A stretch of DNA of 16,005 nucleotides from Octopus sinensis. Taxonomy: Eukaryota. Below the pieces are notes generated by a model. It made no database searches, had not been told where the DNA came from, and saw nothing but the letters and a program-made list of their open reading frames with translations. Numbering within the stretch: position 1 is the stretch's first letter; the number at the start of each line of letters is the position of its first letter. The stretch lies in the NCBI RefSeq assembly GCF_006345805.1, contig NW_021825231.1, forward strand, positions 1 through 16,005, written 5' to 3'. A program made the translations under genes and the position numbers. This document shows positions 1 to 10,655 of this stretch, in pieces.

Positions 1-190
1 TTAACGCGTCGAACAAAATGCTCCGAGGTATTTCTTCGGGCTTTACGGTCTGAATGCAAAGGTCACTGAGGTCGGCTTTCATCGTTTTCCGGATCGATGA
101 CATGCGAACCAGTTGAGCAACGAGGTCGATGTCATCGATTGCCTTTCCCCTCAGAATTGCTGGTCTTGTATGAAAGTCAGAAAGAATTAT
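1..190 (+). mobile_element. Decayed tRNA-derived SINE (family 1, tail type 2), 5' edge cut by the window
   Basis: Collinear with the plus-strand copy at 10966-11184 and the reverse complement of 10656-10888: AAAATGCT..GGTATTTC..TTTACGGTCTGAATGCAAA (decayed B box)..GAGGTCGGCTTTCATC..GGTCGATGTCATCGATT, then AATTGCTGGTCTT at 155-167. Confidence 0.75.
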
Positions 191-253
191 CACTCGTCTC
201 TCCTTTTAGCCTTTTTCACTCTCTTTTCCCTTTCATTGACTTCACGTTTTATC

Positions 254-269
254 ACACACGCACACACAC

Positions 270-302
<33 letters not shown>

Positions 303-381
303 CATACACAACACACAAATAAATTGTAAATTACCTTTATATTCCTTTTCATATAGTGCCTTTATAGCAAATAAGAGAAAT

Positions 382-416
<35 letters not shown>

Positions 417-960
417 TAGTGGTGGGTGGTGGTGGTGGTGGTGGTGGTGGTTGCCGCCGCCGTCGTCGTCGTCTTCATCGTAGTAGTAGTAATATTTGAG
501 AAAGAAGAAACTGTGATAATAATGATGATGATGACAACATCGACGACGACAATGGCGATGGTGATGATGATGATGATGATGAAGAAGAAGAAGAAAGAAG
601 AAGAAGAAGAAGAAGAAGAAGAAGAAGAGCAACAACAGCAACAACAACAACGAAGAGGAAGACGACTATGACAACGTGAAAGAGAAGTCGGATATGGAGA
701 AGAAGAAGAAGAAGAAGAAGAAAGAAAAGAAGAAGAAGAAGAAGAAGAAGAAGAAGAAGAAGAAGAAGAAGAAGAAGAAGAAGAAGAAGAGGAAGAGAAG
801 GGGAGGAGTTGAAGTGGAGGTGAAGGCGGAGGATGAGGACGACGATGACGACGATAGAAAGGAAAACTTGTAATAAGGACTGATAAGGACGGAAGAAATA
901 GAGCAAACACACAGACACAGATACAACCCCCACCCACACACACACACACATTAAACACAC
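254..960. repeat. Compound microsatellite block: (CA)n, (GTA)n, (GGT)n, (GAT)n, (GAA)n, (CAA)n
   Basis: Directly visible; long near-pure (GAA)n at about 580-630 and 700-790. Explains the poly-K/E/S/F/L ORFs here. Confidence 0.95.
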
Positions 961-1419
961 AAAATCGAAAAAAAAAAACTATAAAAAATTGAAGCATTTT
1001 TTTTTTTGTTTGTGACTAATTCTCGAATTTCTTTGCGACTCAATTTGAATAAAGCTGAAAGTCTTAAAAACAGTTTATTGTGTTTACAGAGGTCAGTATT
1101 TAGCGAGATCCTGTTTCCTATCGGTTTGTATCGCCAAGCCTCCCTACCAGCTGTTTATCTTCAGTCAACGTATTTTATAACATTACGTTTAAACGCCATT
1201 TTGATTATTTCCATAACGAAACCTTCTCTCTTTTCTCGTGTTTGTTTCTCAAGAATTATCCACAGAACCAGGGCGGGGAGGCGGGCGAAGTAGTTTTTGT
1301 TCATTTGTTTTATCGTGTTGTGTGTTTTTTATTATTATTTTGCTGTTAAATTTCATGGTGCAATTGTCCGTTTATGTGCGTGTGTGCATTAATATATTTA
1401 TATGCACACACATACACAT

Positions 1420-1549
1420 ATCTTATATATATATATATACCCTCACGCGGTCATACACAGTTTTGTATGAATGTATGAACATATATATATACACAAAGAG
1501 ACAGAACGATTCATATAACCATTCCCACGGACACGTAGTCATGCTTATT

Positions 1550-1613
<64 letters not shown>

Positions 1614-2204
1614 GCACACACATACACGATCATACTTACGTATATGCGTACATAGATATATACAAACGTACGTACAGACATATATACGCATAGACATATG
1701 CATACATACATCGTTTTATACATACGTACACATACACACATTTACATACATGTATGCGTGCATACATATATACACACACGCATATATACATACATAGATA
1801 CGAAATGCATACATGCATTCTTCTATACATATGTACACACATACACGAACGTACATACACATACACATATATATGCGTATATTGGTTCATACAGCACACA
1901 TACATACATTCATAGATACACACATACATTCATACACACGCATACACAAATACACACATTCACACTTTGTTTACATTTGTTTCCGTTCTTGTTTTTTATT
2001 CATTCAATGATAATTTTTTTTTGACGTTTTCTTCTTTTTTCTGCAGCCTTATATATATTTCTTTTTTTATTTTTCAATTTCATTTTAAGGGGCTGGCTTT
2101 GCTGACCTTTCGTTCTAAATTACTTTTCTATTTCTCTCCCTTTCATTCAACCACACTACATACATACATACATCTACATATACACACACTCCGCATGCAC
2201 ACAC

Positions 2205-2253
<49 letters not shown>

Positions 2254-2302
2254 TATGGCCGTGCGTGTATATATATATATGTGTATACATATATATATGT
2301 AT

Positions 2303-2340
<38 letters not shown>

Positions 2341-2450
2341 TATATCACCCTCTCATTCTCTATTTCTTCACATCGCACGCACACACGCACATATGTATAT
2401 ACATATATTACTTGCTCTCTCTCTCTCTCTCTCTTCCTCTCTCTCCGTCA
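1420..2450. repeat. (TA)n/(CA)n/(TACA)n/(TC)n low-complexity region
   Basis: Directly visible di- and tetranucleotide arrays. Confidence 0.9.
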
Positions 2451-2699
2451 CTCTTTCACCTTCTCTTCCCCTCATTTTCCACATATATCATTTGCATTAT
2501 CTCCCTCTTTCTTCCCCCCTCTCTCTCTGTGCCCCTCCTCCTTTTTTACCCTCCACTCTTATTTATTTAAGACCCTTGTTTTATCTATTTTATTTCATTA
2601 TTTTTCGTTTCTTATTTTTGTAATATATTATTTTTTAATTGTATTATTATCATTGTTGTTGCTGTCGTCCTTCCTCATTCTCTTTCCCTTCTTCTTTTT

Positions 2700-2800
2700 C
2701 CTCTTCATTATTATTATCATCATCATCATCATTATTATTATTATTATTATTGTTATTATTATTATTATCATCATCATCATTATTATTATTATTATTATTA

Positions 2801-2839
<39 letters not shown>

Positions 2840-2840
2840 G
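2700..2840. repeat. (ATT)n/(ATC)n microsatellite
   Basis: Directly visible. Confidence 0.95.
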
Positions 2841-3494
2841 TTACACAGGCTAAAGAGGAAGACCCTTCTTCTTCCCCTTGTTTGAAATAAGACAGCAGAG
2901 TAAATTAGCCTCGTTTTCATATTCGCTACTTTCATATTTGGACAACGTTTTATTTTCCCATTTATTTCACTGATATTCATTTCCCTTCTTCATCATTTTG
3001 TATTTAACTTGAACTTTTTTTCTTTTAGCGAATTGTAGACATTTTTGCTCTTTACATCTTATTTTCTATTTTGTTTTCGTTTAACCCGTTCGTTTCTCTT
3101 CACTTTTGTTATTATTTTTCAATCGTATTCTTCTTTTTTTTTTTGGTACATGTGTATTACGGGAAGAGGGAAGTAGATGCGATAAAGGGTGGTACGGTTC
3201 GTGTATAGCTTTAACCCCTGTTTTAGTGACTTGATGACACTCAAAACTACATCTTTCACAGTGATTGTGTTGTTTTATCTACGCTGCTGACATTTAGCAG
3301 ACTAATTCTTCATGTCGACACGTGGTGGGCTTCCACACGAACGCAATTCTAACGCTATTCTCATGTTTTGCTTACGTCATGCCATACATATACTTAAACT
3401 TTAACCCGTCCATCGACTTTGAATTTATAACTTTACATCAACAACAACAAGAAAACAGCTGTTGGAATAAATAAAAAAGACGCTGCTCTTCTTG

Positions 3495-3542
3495 TGTGTG
3501 TGAGCGTGTGTGTGTGTGTATACATATATATATAAATATACA

Positions 3543-3582
<40 letters not shown>

Positions 3583-3842
3583 GTGTACGTAGGCGCAAGA
3601 GAGAAGTTCTATGAAGTACTCAACGTTGAAGACCGAGAGTTTTCTGTGATAAAGACGTTGTTTGATGATCGGGAGAGCGGTATGCGAGATACCAGCCGTC
3701 GTAGTCTTATATATAAAAATGCATATATATATATATATATAAAGAGAGAGAAGAAAAGAGAACACAGACAGATAGATAGATACTCACACCATAGAAATAT
3801 ACATATATACATACATACATACATACATACATACATACATAA

Positions 3843-3895
<53 letters not shown>

Positions 3896-3940
3896 TATGT
3901 TCAAACCCATACACACACACATACACATACACACATATCA
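3495..3940. repeat. (TG)n, (TA)n, (TACA)n, (CA)n arrays with a short unique island at about 3580-3710
   Basis: Directly visible. Confidence 0.9.
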
Positions 3941-4243
3941 CTCTAGTATGATGAATGCGTTCCTCATGGTTGACTCTAGTAGCTGTAGCTGACACCAGAG
4001 GGCTCTGACAGCAGTACAATGATTGTATAGTGGCCGGTGGGGAGGCGGGGTCTCTAGTACAGTGCGTTTGTGGTGCTTTCGGCGAACGGAAAATGTAGAA
4101 ACAGTGTGGAAGAATACAGAGGAAGGAGAGAATAGTGATGGAAGAAGAGAAGGAGAAAGAAAAACACGAAGACTGAAGCAACTGATAAGAGGGATTTAAT
4201 GAATGCGTGTGTGTCTGTTTATTGCTGGCTTGGTTGTTTCATT

Positions 4244-4329
<86 letters not shown>

Positions 4330-4338
4330 GAAATAGAG
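4244..4338 (+). repeat. (GATA)n array abutting the 3' end of Tx1 fragment A
   Basis: Pure GATA from 4244 to about 4328, then a degenerate GAGAAATAGAG junction. Confidence 0.95.
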
Positions 4339-5063
4339 AACTTTCTTTATTGGCCACACAAGGCTGAATAGAGAGGGGACAAATACAAATATAGAGCTTT
4401 TCTTTTCGAAGATGGAAAAAGAAAAAGGAACAAAAAAGGAAACAATTGTAAAATTCCGATGAAAAGGGATCGGAAAAACAAAGAAAAAAAGGAAAAAAGG
4501 GAAAAAAATGATCAAAAGGGATCGTGAATCACAGAAACAATTTTTTTTTAACAGTAAGAAACAAGATTAGGTTCATCCGTGGGAAGAAAAGCCTACAGAA
4601 AAAACCCACGTTAACCTCAGTCAGGAAAAAAATAAGCACATGAGAGCAAAGTGCTCTCTCTCTCTCTCACTTTTACGATTTACAGGATCATGCTCAAAGT
4701 GGTTTCGTCTCTTGTACGCACCATCTTTCCTACATTCACCCACATTTTTAAAAAACTTTCGTGAGACAAAATCTGCCTCTCTATTCTCACCTTCCTTTTC
4801 AAATGGTACTTGAAAAAGTTGATGAGCGATTGGCCAGAGAGGTAAGTGTTTGTCACTAATCCTTTCGCTCGAGTCCACCACACACATTCTTTCACCATAG
4901 CCACCAGTGCGATGAAGACTGCCTTGCCCTCCCGGTTGAGGGAAGGTGGCCGAGCAATTTCCACGATAGACCCGGCCGACAGACGGACTCGTCCTACGCG
5001 TGACAGCAGCCGTTCGTTATAAGCTCACGGGGTCCGAAGTGGTTGGAAACAGCCATTTCGGGA
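4339..5063 (-). mobile_element. Tx1/L1-clade non-LTR retrotransposon, 3' fragment A (ORF2 C-terminus plus 3' UTR)
   Basis: Minus-strand peptide ..PPSLNREGKAVFIALVAMVKECVWWTRAKGL..LINFFKYHLKRKVRIERQ..SMIL* (stop at 4680-4682). Homologous to fragment C. AATAAA lies just before the (TCTA)n tail; there is no poly(A). Confidence 0.85.
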
Positions 5064-5064
5064 A

Positions 5065-5202
5065 GACAGATAGATAGACAGACAGACAGATAAATTGATA
5101 GATAGTCAGACAAACAGACAGATTGATAGACCGACAGACAGATTGATAGATAGACAGATAGATAAATTGATAGATAGACAGACAGACAGATAGATAGATA
5201 GA
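5065..5202 (+). repeat. Degenerate (GATA/GACA)n array with GATAAATTGATA variant units
   Basis: Directly visible between fragments A and B. Confidence 0.9.
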
Positions 5203-6047
5203 CATCAGATGGAGGTTGTCTTGGATGCTCCGGACCCGCACGTCGCAAGTTTGCGCCTTGTCGACCAGTTTCTCGATGATAAGCGCCAACCTCTTGGCTA
5301 ACATCTTGGTCAAAATTTTCAAGTCTGCATTGGGCAGAGTGATGGGCCTAAAGTTATCTATGACGTCCCCCTTGTTTGGATCTGTCTTAAGCAGCGTTAC
5401 AGCTCCTCGACTCACAAAACTTGGAATGCTCCCGTTTTGCTGCCAGTTGCAGTACACCGCTGCAAAACGTCTCTAAACAAGTCTGGCATACAATAGTAAA
5501 ACTCGTAGGGCTGACCATCCAAACCCGGCGATTTGTCCCTTGAGCATCCCGCCATCGCATCCCTCACTTCCGCCGCCGTGATGGCACCTTCGCAGCACTC
5601 TGCCTCTCTTGCCGAGAGTCGTGCAGGTAGTGACTAAAGTCCAACCTGCGTTCTCGCTCGCCACACGTCCCGAACAGTCAGGCAAAATGCCACCTAAACG
5701 CCTCGCACATCTTGCTGGGCTCGAGCAATTCGCGCCCCTGTTCATCTACCAGAGACCGAATGGTGGCTTTGTTGCCCCGTTGCGCTTCCGCCACCCGGGC
5801 CTCTCGCGCTGCTCCAACACCTTCGTTCCTTAGAGCACGCATCTTAGCCCTGACAACACACTATTCGTGTTTGGCGTTGAAGTGTTGGTCGAGGGCCAAC
5901 CACAGCGCCAAAACGTCGAATGCTGCATCTTATTGCCTCTTCTAACTTCTTAACTAGCTCACCCTCTACTCTCTTTCTATCTATGACTAGTGCTTTGCTA
6001 TATCTAATTGCTTCTGCTTTCACTGCTCTCTTGAGGGCAAACCACCA
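5203..6047 (-). pseudogene. Tx1/L1-clade ORF2 internal fragment B (EN-RT linker plus start of reverse transcriptase), frameshifted
   Basis: Manual translation across frameshifts and stops: [107 protein letters not shown]. KSPGxDGxPxEFY, FRPITL.N.D.KI..K.LA.RL and R.I.DN are hallmark L1/Tx1 RT motifs. Frameshifts near 5461, 5625 and 5910; in-frame stops near 5678 and 5862. Confidence 0.92.
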
Positions 6048-6231
6048 GACAGACAGATAGATAGACGGACAGACAGATAGATCGACAGATAGCCAGACAG
6101 ATAAATTGATAAATAGGTAGACAGACAGATAGATTGATAGACAGACAGTCAGATAGACAGATAAATTGATAGATAGGCAGACAGACAAATAGATAGACAG
6201 ACAAACAGACAGACAGACAGGCAGATAAATT

Positions 6232-6302
<71 letters not shown>
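6048..6302 (+). repeat. Degenerate (GACA/GATA)n array with GATAAATTGATA units, grading into pure (GATA)n
   Basis: Directly visible; the pure part (about 6232-6302) abuts the 3' end of fragment C. Confidence 0.9.
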
Positions 6303-6304
<2 letters not shown>

Positions 6305-7340
6305 CTTATTTTATTGGCCACAAAGGGCTGAACATAGAGCAGACAAATACAAATGTAGAGCTTTTCCTTTCGCAAATGGAAAAAAGTAAAACAGTAAAAT
6401 AAAGTAAAATTCCTATCAAAAGAGATCGGGAAAAATAAGACGATCAAAAGGGATTTTGTATCACAGAAGAGTTTTAAAAATGCAAAAAGTAAGATTAGGT
6501 TTATCCATGGAAAGAAAAGCCTACGGAAAAGACAATGGTAACCTCAGGCATGGAGGGAATAAGCACATGAGAGCAAAGTGCTCTCTCTCTCTCTCTCTCA
6601 TTTTACGATTTACAGGATCATGCTCAAAGTGGTTTCATCACTCGCACGCACCATCTTTGCTACACTCAAATTTGTTTGAAACTTTCACGAGACCACCTTT
6701 TTTTTTAAACGTTCACGAGACAAAATCTGTCTCTCTATTCTCACCTTCCTTTTCAAGTGGTACTTGAAAAAGTTGATGAGCGATTGGCCAGAGAGGTAAG
6801 TGTTTGTCTCTAATCCTTTCGCTCGGGTCCACCACACACATTCTTTCACCATAGCCACCAGTGCGATGAAGACTGCCTTGCCCTCCCGGTTGAGGGAAGG
6901 TGGCGAAGCAATTGCCACGATAGACTCGGCCGACAGACGGACTCGTCCTACACGTGACAGTAGCCGTTTGGCATAAGCCCACTGGTCCGAAATGGTTGGA
7001 TACTGCACGAGTGCGTGCAGAACAGTTTCGTCGCTCTGACCGCATCTCGGGCAAGTCGATCCGATGTGTCTCGAACCGTGCCTATAGAGCTTATCCCGAA
7101 CAGGTAATGCTTCTCGATAACACTGTTTGATCCACAACTGCAGTTTGGCCAAGGAGACGAGCTGCGGGAAAGCGCCGCACAAACGGCGACTACGCCTGTT
7201 CACTGTCATCTATGAAGCGCCGGAGATGTCGCAGTCTCAGCGCATGTCTGCGCATCATCAACCACGCCCGGCATGCCTAGCCCTCAATTTAGCGGATGTT
7301 GACAGCAAATGGGTCGCCTAACCATAAGAACGCTTCCCTT
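6303..7340 (-). mobile_element. Tx1/L1-clade non-LTR retrotransposon, 5'-truncated fragment C (GGLG motif, zf-RVT zinc knuckle, C-terminus, 3' UTR)
   Basis: Minus strand reads [17 protein letters not shown] (decayed PxxxGGLGxP), then CYREALPVRDKLYRHG..TCPRCGQSDETVLHALVQ(Y) (zf-RVT, last C changed to Y) ..SMIL* (stop at 6609-6611), about 300 bp of UTR, AATAAA, then (TCTA)n. Confidence 0.9.
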
Positions 7341-7352
7341 ATAGATAGATAA

Positions 7353-7416
<64 letters not shown>

Positions 7417-7445
7417 GTAGGTAGGTAGGTATGTAGGTAGGTAGG

Positions 7446-7515
<70 letters not shown>
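7341..7515 (+). repeat. (GATA)n/(GGTA)n array abutting the truncated 5' end of fragment C
   Basis: Directly visible. Confidence 0.95.
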
Positions 7516-7516
<1 letters not shown>

Positions 7517-8170
7517 CAGTTATCCATGGTACATCTACGCACTGGGGCTATTACGTCGTTATAGACGAATGAAAAATGATTGATATATGTATATATATAT
7601 ATATATATAATATATATATATATGCACGTATCTATACAGGTGTGTGTGTGTGTGTAATTTAAATTAGGATTGGAGAATTCACGTAGACAATTGTTTCTGT
7701 AAACCTACCATATCATGTATTCCATATCTCATACAACGTTACGTTATTCAAACAATGTCATGTCGTAACACATGCCGTAAGACATATACAAATACGTAAT
7801 GATATTCTTAACGTCCATTCACTTCTTCAGGTGCCACGATTTGAAGGCATGTATTAAACATTTATGGCATGTATTAAACAACATTTCAGGAGACACGGAA
7901 TGAAAGATGTCGTCCGTATACGGAAACTAATGTAATGTCAATTTGACCTCTCCCTTTCTCATTTAAATTACTATTTTTAATATTCACTTTGCGGGGCTTA
8001 ATGCTAAACCCATTGAATCCTGCCTTGGAGTTGGGTTAGCGCTTCCTTTAGGATCAATCGAAGTCTTACGGATTTCATTCTGGTTTGGGAATACTACGAT
8101 CCTGCATGATGTGTTAATGAGGCGATAGACACGATTATAATTATTTCCTCAATCTATTTCTCACGCGCTC

Positions 8171-8203
<33 letters not shown>

Positions 8204-8294
8204 TTATATGTGTGTGTGTGTGAACGTATATATGAATATACATGTGTGTATGTATGGATACGTGTGTGCGTGCGTGCGCGTGTTCCTTACTATT

Positions 8295-8462
8295 TAGATA
8301 AAGGCCAGCAATTATGCGTTGAGTACTTGAGTAGTACTTTATTTAATCGATCCCGAGGTGGATGAAAGGCAAAGTCGACCTTGCCGGCATTTGAACTCCA
8401 CCCATAAAAAGCCGGAAGAAACGCCGCCATGCACTTTGCTCGGCGCGATAACGGTTCTTGCG
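8295..8462 (-). mobile_element. Decayed tRNA-derived SINE (family 1, tail type 2, internally deleted)
   Basis: GTACTTTATTTAATCGATCCCGAGGTGGATGAAAGGCAAAGTCGACCTTGCCGGCATTTGAACTC aligns to 10752-10814. AAGGCCAGCAATT at 8301-8313 is the reverse complement of the type-2 tail motif. Confidence 0.8.
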
Positions 8463-8690
8463 AATACGTTGAAATAATGATAAAATATAAATGAATATCA
8501 GCAGTGGTGGGCATGTTTGTGACCCAGTCATGACACAAATGAGTGAATCCGAACATCAAATTATTTAAAAGAAACAATCTTCTTTTATGATTAAAGGTGT
8601 AATTTCAGTTAAATAAAATTTCATTGCTTATTGTATCATACATGATAGCCCAACTTTACTATTATGTTTTTATGCAGAAGGTGATTCAGG

Positions 8691-8824
8691 GTGTATTGTT
8701 GTTGTGGTGGTATTAGCCATGATTGTTGCCGTTGTTGTGTAACTTATTATTTTTGTGGTGGTGGCGGCGGCAGTGGTGGTAGTAGTGATGTGGTAGTGGT
8801 CGTTGTGTTGATGTTGTTGTTGTT

Positions 8825-8855
<31 letters not shown>

Positions 8856-9055
8856 TTGTTGGTGGTGATGGTGGTGGTGGTGGTGGTGGTAGTGGTGGTG
8901 GTTGGGGGTGATGGTGGCGGTGGTGGTCGTAGTGTGGTGGTGGTGGTGGTGGTGGTGGTGGTGGTGGCAGCGACGGCGGCAGTTGTGTTGGTGGTGGTGG
9001 CGATGATGGCGGCGGCAGTGGCGGTGGTGCTGGTGCTGGCGGTGAGAACTAACAC
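8691..9055. repeat. (GGT/GTT/GGC)n trinucleotide low-complexity tract
   Basis: Directly visible. Confidence 0.9.
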
Positions 9056-9094
9056 AACTTAGGACGAGGGGGATAATTCCCTTATTGGATTTCT

Positions 9095-10100
9095 ACTACT
9101 ACCACCACCACCACCACTACTACTGCTGCTACTACTACTACTACATTGTAGCTGCTGCTACAATGACTACTACTGCTAATACTACTATTGTTGTTGTTGT
9201 TGCTGCAGCTTCAGCTACAACAACTACCATCACAATTTCCACTACCGCTGCTACTACTTCAGCAACAACAATTTCTACTACTACTGCCGCTGCTGCTTCA
9301 ACTACAAATACTACCACCACCACCACCATTACTGTTACTACTACTATTGCTGTCACTACTACTACCACCACTACCACTAGCATTATCTTGACTGTTGTCA
9401 CTGGTGCTCGACGACTTCCCCCCTCACCTATCTGTCCCCATGGAGATTAATGGATAGCAGTCAATTTGAACCCGTTTGAAAGTTTTAATTCGATAAACTC
9501 TGTCCCAGTGAGTGGTTCCTCAATGAATAATGTCCTTATTGCAACCTCCCCGCTACCACCACCACCACCACCACCACCATCCCCACACACTGCAGACAAT
9601 TGTCTCACACATACCAGCAAATGCTACCCACCACCAACCATCTCTACACCATCGCCATTACCAACGCCGCACAAACCACCATCTTTAATATGCATCACTC
9701 TCTCACCACCACCACTACCACCACCACCTCCCTTAGCCACACAAATGAGGCAACCTCTTGTGGAAGCCCATCATGCTAAGCATAGCAGCCAAGTCCCCCA
9801 CCCTTTTGAAAAAAAGGCATTGAATAACATAGTTTTGAGTATACTGTATATATTATACAGGATAAATGCGGTCGATATGGTCATAGTTGGAACGGCATTG
9901 ATCATAAGTTTGTTCGATCCTTGTTCACTTAGTGGTGAACAACTACACCATCAAGAACAACAACAACCACTACCATTACGGCCATCCCTACCACAACCAC
10001 TCTAAAACCACTACTTCTACATTGCTACTAACAGAACCACCATACCACTATCGTCGAAGCCATCCCCGACACAACCCCCGTACCACTGCTACCAATCTAA
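9095..10100. repeat. (CTA/CCA/CAA)n trinucleotide low-complexity tracts with unique interruptions
   Basis: Directly visible. Confidence 0.85.
9750..9930. mobile_element. Old interspersed repeat fragment, probably the same family as 11360-11570
   Basis: Two shared blocks in the same order: ATAGCAGCCAAGTC vs ATGGCAGTCAAATC, and ATGGTCATAGTTGG..TTGATCATAAG..TCGATC vs ATGGTCACGGATTG..TTGATCGGAGG..TCGATC. Recalled as a common octopus repeat; not verified. Confidence 0.4.
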
Positions 10101-10111
10101 GCCTCTATACC

Positions 10112-10214
10112 TATTTCTTTATTACCCACAAGGGGCTAAACACAGAGGGGACAAACAAGGACAGACATAGGTATTAAGTCGATTATATCGACCCCAGTGC
10201 ATAACTGATACTTA
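10112..10214 (-). mobile_element. 5'-truncated tRNA-derived SINE (family 1, Tx1-like tail type 1)
   Basis: 96/103 identical to 10656-10758. Possible decayed TSD GCCTCTATAC (10101-10110) / GCCATCTATAC (10217-10227). Confidence 0.9.
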
Positions 10215-10655
10215 CCGCCATCTATACAATCACCACATTACTATCACCGATCTCTATCTTTACATCAGACCCTAAAAAGAAACAGAACTACTATCACTAA
10301 TGCTACCACCACACGGACAACTACACCACCACCATATCGCTATCACACCAAGCCTACTTCTAGACCGCGACGAATACAACCACCATACCCGTATCCAGTT
10401 TGAAACACTAATACAATCACGGCATTGCACCCGCCAACCCCTATTGCTTCACAATCAAACATGCACAGGAAATACCAACTGACTCACTGGCCCTAAACAT
10501 TGCACCGCGATACATACCACCGCCAACAAATGCGATGCAGCTCAAACTGTTGCTCTCTGACTGGGTCAACCTTATATGATCCTGCTGGTCACCTCCAGAA
10601 TATAGGGATGAAGAGAAAAGACTGAACAGAGGAGAAAATGTAATTGGTGAAAACC

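Noticed and set aside
362-997. Long ORFs of poly-S/T/K/E/L/F
   Set aside because: Pure translation of trinucleotide arrays; open in several frames and on both strands.
3595-3607. 13-mer CGCAAGAGAGAAG shared with the HERO fragment near 12899
   Set aside because: Low-complexity purine run with no flanking homology.
4244-7515. Repeat-unique-repeat pattern reminiscent of a CRISPR-like or programmed array
   Set aside because: The repeats are variable-length microsatellites and the spacers are homologous LINE pieces; eukaryotic context, no cas genes.
7843-7880. Tandem duplication of GGCATGTATTAAACA (21-bp period)
   Set aside because: An ordinary small slippage duplication.
9922-9941. Hairpin TGTTCAC-TTAGTG-GTGAACA
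   Set aside because: A 7-bp stem is expected by chance in 16 kb; no supporting context.
9466-10005. 179-aa Pro-rich ORF
   Set aside because: Built from (CCA)n plus an old repeat fragment; TTG start; no recognisable domain.
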